A DNA stretch of 64,000 nucleotides, taken from contig CAWJZO010000001.1 in NCBI GenBank assembly GCA_963847375.1, positions 703,986 to 767,985 of the forward strand, read 5' to 3'. Under the pieces are notes generated by a model. The model saw nothing but the letters and a program-made list of their open reading frames with translations. It had not been told where the DNA came from and did not search any database. The DNA comes from an uncultured Chloroflexia bacterium (GTDB taxonomy: Bacteria > Chloroflexota > Limnocylindria > QHBO01). Positions 1 through 9,754 of the stretch are shown here, one piece after another (the first letter of the stretch is position 1; each line of letters starts with the position of its first letter). Made by a program: the position numbers and the translations under genes.

Positions 1-1566
<1,566 letters not shown>

Positions 1567-1572
1567 GCGGGG

Positions 1573-1578
1573 ATTATC
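1573..1578 (-). promoter_or_regulatory. -10-like hexamer GATAAT, 6 nt upstream of the GTG start (leaderless-type promoter)
   Basis: Minus strand reads GATAAT-ccccgc-GTG. Confidence 0.35.
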
Positions 1579-1614
1579 GCCGCGGTGAAGGAGTGCCGAT
1601 GGATCGGCCGGGCG

Positions 1615-2187
1615 TCAGGCCAGCGTGACGAGCGGGACGATGTTCGAGACGTGCGCGGCGTTGACGATGACGACGCTGACGACGTGCTCGAACGGCGGTT
1701 CGCCGGTGTGCAGGAGATAGGCATCGGTCAGCGGCAGGAAGCTGGCGGCGCGCAGGAGGTGCGGGCCGACCTCGACGCCGGGCTGGAGGTGGATATTGCC
1801 GGTGACGCTGAACGGGCCGGCCACGAGCGCTGCGCGGCGCAGGCGCTTGTGGAGGCGCAGCTGACGGCTGGCGCGCCACTCGGGCGGCATGGCCAGGATG
1901 ACGCGCGCGGTCGGCAGGCTCTCCCACTCGCCGTTCTCACCACCGGCGGGCGTGTCGCCGGGCACCTCCGTTTCGTCGAGCGGGCCGGGACTCGGGCGCC
2001 ACAGGCGCAGCTCGTCGCGGGAGGCAAGGAGATCCGTCACGCGTTGTCCGTGGGGCGCGAGCCAGCCGACGATCCGCGACTCGGCGGTGTACAGCTCGAT
2101 CGGCGCCAGGTCCGGCGCGGCGGCGACGGCCACCGACCCCTGGGTCGCCGTAGGCCCGGGACTCCGGCGCCAGTTCCAGAACGTCAA
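1615..2187 (-). CDS. hypothetical protein (start uncertain; TTG at 2187 proposed)
   Basis: The C-terminal about 190 aa of ORF 1615..2313 look protein-like (…IELYTAESRIVGWLAPHGQRV…FEHVVSVVIVNAAHVSNIVPLVTLA). The N-terminal part of that ORF is Arg/Pro-rich junk. No family recognised. Confidence 0.45.
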   Translation of the reverse strand: MTFWNWRRSPGPTATQGSVAVAAAPDLAPIELYTAESRIVGWLAPHGQRVTDLLASRDELRLWRPSPGPLDETEVPGDTPAGGENGEWESLPTARVILAMPPEWRASRQLRLHKRLRRAALVAGPFSVTGNIHLQPGVEVGPHLLRAASFLPLTDAYLLHTGEPPFEHVVSVVIVNAAHVSNIVPLVTLA

Positions 2188-2345
2188 CGTCTGCCTCCGT
2201 GTCGAACGAGGCCGCGTGGCTTGCGTGCGCGACCCGGACACAACCGTACGCGGCAGCCGCCTCTCGACCAACTGGTCCGATAGTCCCAGCGTGGGCCCAG
2301 TGCGCCGCCGCACCGGTCCCGCTTCGCTCCGGTACCCTTCGCCGC

Positions 2346-2681
2346 GTGATCGACATCGAGCTCTTCGAGCGCATCGAGATGCGCGTTGGGCGGATCGTGG
2401 GGGTCGAGCCGTTTCCCGCGGCTCGCAAGCCGTCGTACCGACTGCGGATCGACTTCGGCCTCGAGGTCGGCGAGCGCGTCAGCGCGGCACAGCTGACCGC
2501 AACCTATCCCGACCGCGAGGCGCTCGTCGGGCGCCAGGTGGTGGCTGTCCTCAACTTCCCACGCCGGCGGATCGCCGGCTTCGCGAGCGAGGTGCTCGTG
2601 CTCGGCGCGATGGGCGACGACGGCCAGGTGTACCTCCTGCGACCGGACCCGCCGTCGCCGGACGGCCTCCGCATCGGCTGA
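2346..2681 (+). CDS. csaA: tRNA-binding domain protein (CsaA / EMAP-like OB fold)
   Basis: In-frame GTG inside ORF 2199..2681. Sequence VIDIELFERIEMRVGRIVGVEPFPAARKPSYRLRIDFG…AQLTATY…LVGRQVVAVLNFPRRRIAGFASEVLVLG is typical of CsaA. Confidence 0.8.
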   Translation: MIDIELFERIEMRVGRIVGVEPFPAARKPSYRLRIDFGLEVGERVSAAQLTATYPDREALVGRQVVAVLNFPRRRIAGFASEVLVLGAMGDDGQVYLLRPDPPSPDGLRIG

Positions 2682-2726
2682 AGCGAGGTTGCCCGGCACG
2701 CCGATGCCGCTGATACTCGTCCCCGA

Positions 2727-3170
2727 ATGACCCAGCCCATCGCCACCCCGCTGGTCGGGTCCGCCCCGGACGGGATGCCCGAGCCGACGCTCGCGCCGCC
2801 GCAGATCGCGCGCGCCGGCGACCCGTTCGCCGCACTGCGCGTCGTGCACTTCGTCTCGCGCCTGCGACGCAACGAGACCCTCCAGCTGCGCGACGTCGTG
2901 AACGCCCTCAATGCCGAGTTCCTCGACTGGTACTTCAATGAGCGCGTGGTGCTCGCCGAGCTCGTCCAGCTCCAAGCCAACTGGGGCATCAGCTTCCATG
3001 GCGACGACCGGATCGTGCTCGACCGCAACGAGCGCGGCCACACGCTGCTGATCATCGACTCGACGAAGATGAGCTCGTTCCTCGTCAACGAGGCCCGCCG
3101 CCTGGCCGATGCCTGCACCGAGGAGCTTCGCCGCTTCACCCTCGGTGATGGAGTGTCGCCCGACAACTAG
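2727..3170 (+). CDS. hypothetical protein
   Basis: ORF of 147 aa with balanced composition. No family recognised. Confidence 0.55.
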   Translation: MTQPIATPLVGSAPDGMPEPTLAPPQIARAGDPFAALRVVHFVSRLRRNETLQLRDVVNALNAEFLDWYFNERVVLAELVQLQANWGISFHGDDRIVLDRNERGHTLLIIDSTKMSSFLVNEARRLADACTEELRRFTLGDGVSPDN

Positions 3171-3173
3171 CCG

Positions 3174-4502
3174 TCAGTCGTGATCGTCGTGGCCCGCGCC
3201 CAGCGCCGCCAGGGCGGCGGCATGCCGCTTCTCGAGCTCTCGCAAGTCCGCCTCGCTGATGATCAGCGCCCGACCCATCCGCAGGACCGCCTCGGTCTCG
3301 TCGCGCACGAGGGCACAGTCCGCGTCGTCGCGGATATGCGGGCCGAAGGCAGCCACTGCCTCGAGCAGGCGGTTGAGGACCATCGGGCTCGAGCCGCCGT
3401 AATGGCGGATGCGGCTGAAGATCGTGTGCGCGATCCCGCCAAACGTCGGGACCTGGGCGACGACGCGCAGACGACCGTCGGCGTCGTGCCGGTAACGAGG
3501 CGGGAACTCCGTCGTCGCCATCCGCGCGAGCGCGGCGCCCAGCCAGTCGACCGCCGACATCGCCGTGAAGGGGTCGTTGATCGCCGGCGACAGCGCGCGC
3601 AGGGCCACCTCGACGAGCTGCCGGACGCTGAACTCGATGTCATCCTCGGCCGTCCGAACGTCTCCGATGATGAGCGTCGAGCGAAGGTCCGCGGTCACCG
3701 CCTCGTCAACTCGCTCGGTTGGCTGCGCCACGATCAGCGGGTTGCCCTGCACGACGAAGAGGCCGGGGCGGGTGGTCAGGCGAACGCACAGGTCGTGCCG
3801 TCGGGCGACCTCGAGGAGCGCCGCATCGTCGACGACCTGGACGTACCCGCTCCGGGTCGCAGCCAGCACCGTGCCGACGTCCGGGTCCGGAATCTCGTCA
3901 GCAGCCGGAGCCCGACCAGCGGCGCCGAGGCCGGGCTTGCGGAGGTGGTCGATGCCTGCATCGAGGTCGTGGGCGACCGTCGACACCACGTTCGGCGCCT
4001 GGATCGTCACGGCAACGTGGTGAAAGAAGTAGACGAGGACCGCGACGCTGAGCAGGGTGATGCCGATCGCGATCGTCATCGCCACCTGCGGCACGAAGGC
4101 TCCGCCGGCCTCGTCCGGTCCCCGAATCGTCCGCAGCACGAGGACGCAGTAGGTGAACGTGCCGATGAACGTCCCAAGCGTCGCCTGGCTCGTGATGTCG
4201 CGCATGAACAGGCCCAGCAGGCGCGGCCCGAACTGCGTCGAGGCGAGCACGAGCGCGACGATCGTGATCGAGAATCCGACCCCGGCCACCGTCACCATCG
4301 AGCCGGCGATCGTCGACAGCAGGGCGCGGGCGCCGTCCGCGCCGCCTGTGTAGACCCACGGCGGCAGCGAAGTGCGAGCGAGCGCCGCGTCGAGCCAGAG
4401 CGCAAACGCTGCGAGCAGCACCGATCCGATGACCATGAGGCCGGGCACGAACCAGAACGTGGCCCGCAGCGCCGCCCAGCGATGGGCGTACCGCGTCCTC
4501 AT
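3174..4502 (-). CDS. membrane protein, DUF2254-like
   Basis: ORF of 442 aa with N-terminal TM helices (FWFVPGLMVIGSVLLAAFALWL; GSMVTVAGVGFSITIVALVLAS; TIAIGITLLSVAVLVYFFHHV) followed by a soluble C-terminal domain. Confidence 0.7.
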   Translation of the reverse strand: MRTRYAHRWAALRATFWFVPGLMVIGSVLLAAFALWLDAALARTSLPPWVYTGGADGARALLSTIAGSMVTVAGVGFSITIVALVLASTQFGPRLLGLFMRDITSQATLGTFIGTFTYCVLVLRTIRGPDEAGGAFVPQVAMTIAIGITLLSVAVLVYFFHHVAVTIQAPNVVSTVAHDLDAGIDHLRKPGLGAAGRAPAADEIPDPDVGTVLAATRSGYVQVVDDAALLEVARRHDLCVRLTTRPGLFVVQGNPLIVAQPTERVDEAVTADLRSTLIIGDVRTAEDDIEFSVRQLVEVALRALSPAINDPFTAMSAVDWLGAALARMATTEFPPRYRHDADGRLRVVAQVPTFGGIAHTIFSRIRHYGGSSPMVLNRLLEAVAAFGPHIRDDADCALVRDETEAVLRMGRALIISEADLRELEKRHAAALAALGAGHDDHD

Positions 4503-4541
4503 CGGTCGCCGGGCGCTGTCATGCGCGGAGGGTAGCGCGGG

Positions 4542-5483
4542 TCAGACCCGGTCGGAGTCTCCCGCCTGACCGATGCCGGCGCCGAGCAGCTCGGTCGCAG
4601 CCGGCCGAACGTCGCCCTCGGCCACCGGCAGGGGCACCCGCCGCGGCTTCGGGCGGAAGGGGCTCGTGTCGGGCACGACGGGGCCATCGGTCTCTTCGAG
4701 GGAGCCGGACCGATAGGCGTCCCACACGGCCATGACCGTATCGCGATGCGGCTTGATGCGGCAGTGCTCGTCGCGGTTGCCCATCTCGTCGCAGTAGCCG
4801 AGCGGCACGCACTTCGGGACGAGGAAGCTTCCGAAGAACGGGCTGACCCGGAAGATCTCGTGCCGAATCTGCTTGAAGAGCTGGCGGATTTCCCACTGCG
4901 CCATCGTGCAGAGGCGGAGCCCGCTCATGTGGATGAGCTGGCGCAGGTTGACCGTCATGATCAGGTTCGTCTGCATCGCGTTCGGGAAGATGAAGCGCGC
5001 GTCCTCGGCGGGCACCTCCGCCTGGAGCAGTTGGCCATAGAGCTCGAGGTTGTCGTCGATCGCGCGCTGGAAGCGGCCGGCGAGGTCGTCGGGCAGGTCG
5101 CCGCCGGCGATGCTCTCGGGAACGGTGTAGTTGTCGCGCTTCTTGAACGACACGTAGCGCTGCGACTGCTGGTCGAAGGCGGTGCCGGCCCGATGGCGGA
5201 CGAGCTGGTGCGACAGCGTGCGAGTCACGCCGCTGATTGCGAAGGTGAAGTTCACGTGCTCGATCGTCGAGCCGTGGCCGGACTCCATCACCTTTCGGAC
5301 GAGGCTTTGCTGCTTCTCGTCGGCCACCTCGCGGCTGACCGCCTTGTCCCAGATCCTGTCGGGCACGAGCTCGGAGTAGCAGGTGCGGCAGGCGGTGTAG
5401 ATGATCGGGAGGTAGAACTCCTCGACGATCTCGCGGGTGGGAAAGATGAGCTTGGCGGAGAGGTCGGAGGAATTCGACGGCAT
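4542..5483 (-). CDS. thyX: FAD-dependent thymidylate synthase
   Basis: Motifs GHGSTIEHVNFTF, TRTLSHQLVRHR, FDQQSQRY and NLRQLIHMSGLR. GAGG Shine-Dalgarno 7 nt upstream of the ATG. Confidence 0.9.
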   Translation of the reverse strand: MPSNSSDLSAKLIFPTREIVEEFYLPIIYTACRTCYSELVPDRIWDKAVSREVADEKQQSLVRKVMESGHGSTIEHVNFTFAISGVTRTLSHQLVRHRAGTAFDQQSQRYVSFKKRDNYTVPESIAGGDLPDDLAGRFQRAIDDNLELYGQLLQAEVPAEDARFIFPNAMQTNLIMTVNLRQLIHMSGLRLCTMAQWEIRQLFKQIRHEIFRVSPFFGSFLVPKCVPLGYCDEMGNRDEHCRIKPHRDTVMAVWDAYRSGSLEETDGPVVPDTSPFRPKPRRVPLPVAEGDVRPAATELLGAGIGQAGDSDRV

Positions 5484-5527
5484 GAGCGCCTCAACGGTGC
5501 CAGCGCCCGGCTGGCATGGCTACGGGG

Positions 5528-5572
5528 TTGTCCACGGAAGTTGTCCACACATTGTATGACAGAGTGGATAAC
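5528..5572. promoter_or_regulatory. cluster of three DnaA-box-like 9-mers
   Basis: TTGTCCACG (5528-5536) and TTGTCCACA (5541-5549) on the plus strand, and GTGGATAAC (5564-5572, reverse complement GTTATCCAC). They lie in the 164-nt gap upstream of thyX. Confidence 0.45.
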
Positions 5573-5647
5573 CCGAACAGCCAGCAACCCCCGAATCCAC
5601 GCTCGTCAGGACCGATCAGCTGGCGCCGATGTCATACGCCGCAGACC

Positions 5648-7319
5648 TCACTCCGCCGCGCGATCCGTTTCGGGATCCTCCCAGGCATCGCGCTCCTCGA
5701 TGCGCGCCAAGCCGTGCATCCGGTCGAGCGCGATGCGATTGCCCCCCGCGCCGCGCGCGCTGTCGAGCGCCTCCTGCACGCGCGCGAGCACACCGTCGAT
5801 GTCGAGATCCTCGCCGGGGCGCATCGTCGCCACGCCGATGCTGACCGTCACCTTCAGCTCCGAGTCGCCGACCCGCACCGGCCGGAGCCCGAGCCGGATG
5901 CGCATGGCATCGGCAAAGGTCGCGGCGCCGGCGTCGTCGGTGTGGGGCAGGGTGGCGAGGAATCCGTCGCTGCCGGCGCGCCCGAGCGCATCGGCCTCGC
6001 GCACTCGCAGGCGCATGCGCAGCGCGACCTCGCGCAGGACCGCGTCGCCGCCCGCGATGCCGTAGGCGTCGTTGATCTCGCCGAAGCGGTCGACGTCGAG
6101 GAGCACCACCGCGAGCGGGTGACGGTACCGGCGCGCCTGGGCGACCTCGATCCGCAGCCGCTCGAGGATCGCGCCGCGGCTTGCGACGCCGGTCAGCGGG
6201 TCGACCGTCGCCGAGCGCTCGAGCTCGCCACGCTGGAGGTCGATCGTCCGCCTCGCCCGAAGCAGCTCCTCGATCGTCGTGCGCAGCTCGTTGCCGAGGC
6301 GCTCGACTTCGGGGGTGGCGCCGGCGTCGCGGACGACGGTGACGACGCCCCGACCGGACCGACGCATCGCCACCTCCAGCCCGCCGACCCCGCCGCGCGA
6401 GACGGTGGTGCGATCGCCCGAGGGCAGGTCGGTGACCGAAACGCCGAGCAGGTCGTCAATCCTCGTCCCTGCCGATGCCGTGTCGAGCCCGAGCAGGGTG
6501 GCCGCGGCGGCGTTCCAGTCGCGCAGCCGCAGATGACCGTCGAACCCGAGGATCGCATCGTTCAGCTGTTCCGCGAGCTCCGGCAGCCGGTCCTCGGCCT
6601 CTGCGGGCCGCCGGCGCCAGCGCGGCGGCCAGGGCCAGCAGCTGAGCGGACGTCAGCGCCGCCAGGCCGATGAGCCCCTCGATCGAACCATCGCGGTCCG
6701 CCAGCAAGCCAACCGCACCTGCCGCGAGCAGCGCCGCGGTGGCCGATCGAAGGCCCGTGCGAAGCACGGCGGCACCGAGGGCCACGACGAGCGCCGCGAA
6801 CAGCAGGACCGGAGCGAGCGGGGCCAGCAGGTCGGCCGTCGCGGGAACGACCGTCAAAAGCGCGACCGCCTCGGCGACCGCCATCACCGCCACCGCCGAT
6901 CCGATCAGACGCGCCGGACCCCCGGGGATCACTCGCGTTCCGGCGACGGAAGCGGCGGCCAGCATCGCGGCCGAGGCGAGGACCGGTGCCGCCAGCGAGC
7001 CGCTGCCGATGAGCGTCACCACCGCGCCGCCGGCCAGCGTGGCCGACGCCCCCGACTCGAGGAGGCTGGCGACCGAGCCGTACCGGAGCGCGCTCACGAG
7101 CGCCGCCAGCGCCGCGAGCGCGGCGACCAACCCGAGCGCAGCCGTGGAGCCAGCCGGCAGCCACGGCAGCGCCGAATCGGCGAGCTGAACCGGCTCGAGA
7201 CCACGGACGGCCAGCGCCAGGCCGGCCGGAACGGCCGCCACGGCGAGCGCGAAGAGGACGTTCAACGCGCGTGCGCGATCCACGGTTGGAGTGTGCCTGC
7301 GCGCACCGCCCGCGGCCAT
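5648..7319 (-). pseudogene. multi-TM sensor / PAS / degenerate-GGDEF protein, interrupted by an apparent 1-nt insertion near 6605-6607
   Basis: The membrane domain lies in the frame of ORF 6456..7418 (likely ATG 7319). The PAS-like and GGDEF domains lie in the frame of ORF 5648..6373, which stays open upstream to a TGA near 6650 with no ATG. Removing one C from the CCC run joins …LAPAA to AEAEDRLPELAEQLNDAILGF…. Confidence 0.7.
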
Positions 7320-7377
7320 GGTACGAACGCCTCGTTCGGCTACGCTGGCCCGCGTGACCGATCGACCGCGCGCGGTC

Positions 7378-7728
7378 ATGTCGCGCGCCGAATTCCTCGT
7401 GGCCACCGACGAGCTCATCGGGACCGGCGAGGAGCTCCTGGCTGAGCCGGAATGGGATCGGTTCCGGGCGTGGCTGCTCGGGTCGGATCGACTGCTCGAG
7501 CGCGTCTGGGGCCGGATGGACCGATATCACCTGGCCTGGCTGAACGTCGGGCGCGACAGCGCGCCACCGGGTTCGCCGCTCGACGATGTGGGGACGCGCC
7601 GGTTCGTCACCGAGGTGGCGAGCGCGAAGCTCGCCGTCCTGCGTACGATGAGGACCTCCGTCGAACGGCAGGGCTCGACATTCCTGTCCGACGACCCGCA
7701 GCCCGACGCCACCAAGGAGGACCGGTGA
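7378..7728 (+). CDS. hypothetical protein
   Basis: ATG inside ORF 7291..7728 (alternative GTG 7354). Its stop overlaps the next start as GTGA. Confidence 0.5.
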   Translation: MSRAEFLVATDELIGTGEELLAEPEWDRFRAWLLGSDRLLERVWGRMDRYHLAWLNVGRDSAPPGSPLDDVGTRRFVTEVASAKLAVLRTMRTSVERQGSTFLSDDPQPDATKEDR

Positions 7729-8450
7729 GCTACGAGATCGCCCCCGGCGGCTTGGCCGCGATCCTCGCCCATCCCGACGACGAGAGCGTCGGCTGCGCGG
7801 GTGCCCTGGCGCTGGCGCACGCGGGCGGCAGGACGACCCGCCTGCTCGTCGCCACCCGCGGCGAGGCAGGCACGCCCGACGGCGAGCCGGACCCCGCCTT
7901 CGGCGGCGTCCGCGAGGCAGAGCTCATCGGCGCGGCGAAGGCGATCGGCCTCGACGAGGTCTCGATCCTCGATGGCTATGCCGATGGCGCCGTCGCCGAC
8001 GAGTCCTTCGAGCGCCTGGTGACCGAGATCGCCGAATGGCTCGCCGACCGCCGTCCGGCCGCGGTCATCACCTTTGGCCCTCACGGCGTGACCGGCCACC
8101 CGGACCACATCGTCGTCGGCAATGCCACGCGCTGGGCGGTCGAGCGCCTTTCCGACGCGGGGCAGGCTCCGAACTCGGTCTACGTGATTTCGCCCATCTT
8201 CGATCCCGGCGGAAACAAGTTCGACCTCTCCCCGGAGGAGCAGGCCGCCACGCATCGCATCGACATCACCGACGTCGCCGACCACAAGCTGGCCGCCCTC
8301 GAGTGCCACACCAGCCAGACCGATCTCGCCGAGGTGATCGCCGCCCTGCGCGCCGCGATCGAGTCGGACGAGCGCATCGACGAGGGCTACCAGCGGGTGC
8401 GCCCACTCGTCCCGCAGCCGCACCCCGTTTTCGACGGGCGTCTGCTCTGA
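7725..8450 (+). CDS. PIG-L / LmbE family N-acetylglucosaminyl deacetylase
   Basis: GTG start preceded by AAGGAGG. Motifs AHPDDE, GHPDH and HTSQ are characteristic of the LmbE/MshB/BshB family. Confidence 0.8.
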   Translation: MSYEIAPGGLAAILAHPDDESVGCAGALALAHAGGRTTRLLVATRGEAGTPDGEPDPAFGGVREAELIGAAKAIGLDEVSILDGYADGAVADESFERLVTEIAEWLADRRPAAVITFGPHGVTGHPDHIVVGNATRWAVERLSDAGQAPNSVYVISPIFDPGGNKFDLSPEEQAATHRIDITDVADHKLAALECHTSQTDLAEVIAALRAAIESDERIDEGYQRVRPLVPQPHPVFDGRLL

Positions 8451-8547
8451 CTCCCCGCGCTCGACGCGGGGGTCGACGACGCCGTGGGGGATGGGCGTCG
8501 GGTGGCCCTCGGAGACTCCCCCGCGCGTGAGGGGTACACTGGTTGCG

Positions 8548-8838
8548 ATGGCAATTGATTCCGATCTCGCCAAGGTGGACGAGGTCATGACTGCGCTCTA
8601 CGACATCCACGATCCGGAGATCGGGATGAGCATCGTCGACCTCGATCTCATCAAGGCCGTGGAGCTCGGCAATGATGGCGAACCGACCGAGATCAAGATG
8701 GTGCTCACCACCCCGTTCTGCCCGTGGGCCGGCGAGCTGATCCAGACCGTGAAGACCAAGACCGAGGAGGTCGTCGGGCCGCCCGTCAAGGTGACCCTGC
8801 TGGCCGAGCGTTGGGAGCCGCCGCCCGGGCTGTTCTAG
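8548..8838 (+). CDS. DUF59 (MIP18/SufT-like) Fe-S assembly domain protein
   Basis: DIHDPEIGMSIVDLDLIK…TTPFCPWAGEL. ATG inside ORF 8491..8838. Confidence 0.75.
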   Translation: MAIDSDLAKVDEVMTALYDIHDPEIGMSIVDLDLIKAVELGNDGEPTEIKMVLTTPFCPWAGELIQTVKTKTEEVVGPPVKVTLLAERWEPPPGLF

Positions 8839-8909
8839 GATCGGCGAACTCGCGCCGCATTTGACGGCGAACGGTCAGTCTCTATCGCATCTCCCGCGAA
8901 CCGTCACGA

Positions 8910-8931
8910 GATATATCACTACTGATATATT
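8910..8931. promoter_or_regulatory. AT-rich inverted repeat GATATATCA-ctac-TGATATATT
   Basis: Arms of 9 nt matching 8/9, in a locally very AT-rich patch 76 nt upstream of the adenosyltransferase ATG. Confidence 0.3.
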
Positions 8932-9006
8932 CCATGACTACGCGCCAGCCTGTGCACGCGGAGCTCCCTCCATGACCTGCGGACCGTAGCCGCTACCATC
9001 GAACCG

Positions 9007-9570
9007 ATGCGCATCTACACCCGCAAGGGCGACACCGGCACGACCGGGCTGCTGTTCGGCGGCGAGCGGGTCAGCAAGGCCGACCTGCGAACCGATGCCT
9101 ACGGCACGACCGATGAGGCCGTCTCCGCGCTGGGCCTGGCGCGGGCGTCGATCGGCTCTGCCACCGACCGCACCGAGGCGCGCCTCTCCGAGCTGATCCT
9201 CCGCCTCCAGCGCGAGCTCTTCGTCATCGGCGCCGAGCTGGCGACCCACACCGATCGCCGCGACCGGCTGACCGACGGCGTCTCACGCGTGACCGCCGAG
9301 ATGGTCGCTGCCCTCGAGGGGGAGATCGACTCGCTCGAGGAGCTCGTCGAGCAGCCGACCGAGTTCGTGGTGCCGGGGGAAACGACGACCGGCGCGGCCC
9401 TGGACCTGGCGCGCACCACGGTTCGGCGCGCGGAGCGTCGGGCCGTTGCGCTTTCCCAGGCCGGCGAGCTGCCCGACTCGCAGGTGCTGGCCTACCTGAA
9501 CCGCCTGGCCGACCTGCTCTTCGTCGCGGCCCGCGCCGCCGATGGGGGATTTCGCCCCGTCCGCGACTGA
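9007..9570 (+). CDS. ATP:cob(I)alamin adenosyltransferase, PduO type
   Basis: N-terminus MRIYTRKGDTGTTGL…, and …LQRELFVIGAELA… are typical of PduO/MMAB. Confidence 0.85.
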   Translation: MRIYTRKGDTGTTGLLFGGERVSKADLRTDAYGTTDEAVSALGLARASIGSATDRTEARLSELILRLQRELFVIGAELATHTDRRDRLTDGVSRVTAEMVAALEGEIDSLEELVEQPTEFVVPGETTTGAALDLARTTVRRAERRAVALSQAGELPDSQVLAYLNRLADLLFVAARAADGGFRPVRD

Positions 9571-9637
9571 GATGGTCGGGCGGCTGAGCCGACGATCTTA
9601 GGCAGCCCTTACTCCTGAGTCAGGGCAATCCGAACCG

Positions 9638-9669
9638 CGGAATCCACAGAATCGTGCCTGTGGAATCCG
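9638..9669. promoter_or_regulatory. 12-nt inverted repeat CGGAATCCACAG-N8-CTGTGGAATCCG
   Basis: Arms match 11/12. It lies upstream of the aldehyde dehydrogenase. A TAGAAT hexamer follows at 9683-9688. Confidence 0.3.
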
Positions 9670-9754
9670 GAGCGATCACGGGTAGAATCGGCGGGATCGG
9701 TGGCGCGGACTGGCCGTGGCCACGATTCTCACGAACGCCGAGGACCGACGAACG

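Noticed and set aside
8839-9006. Cobalamin riboswitch upstream of the PduO-type adenosyltransferase.
   Set aside because: There is no B12 box and no GGTGAAA…GCCACTG-type core. The region is too short and contains only AT-rich palindromes.
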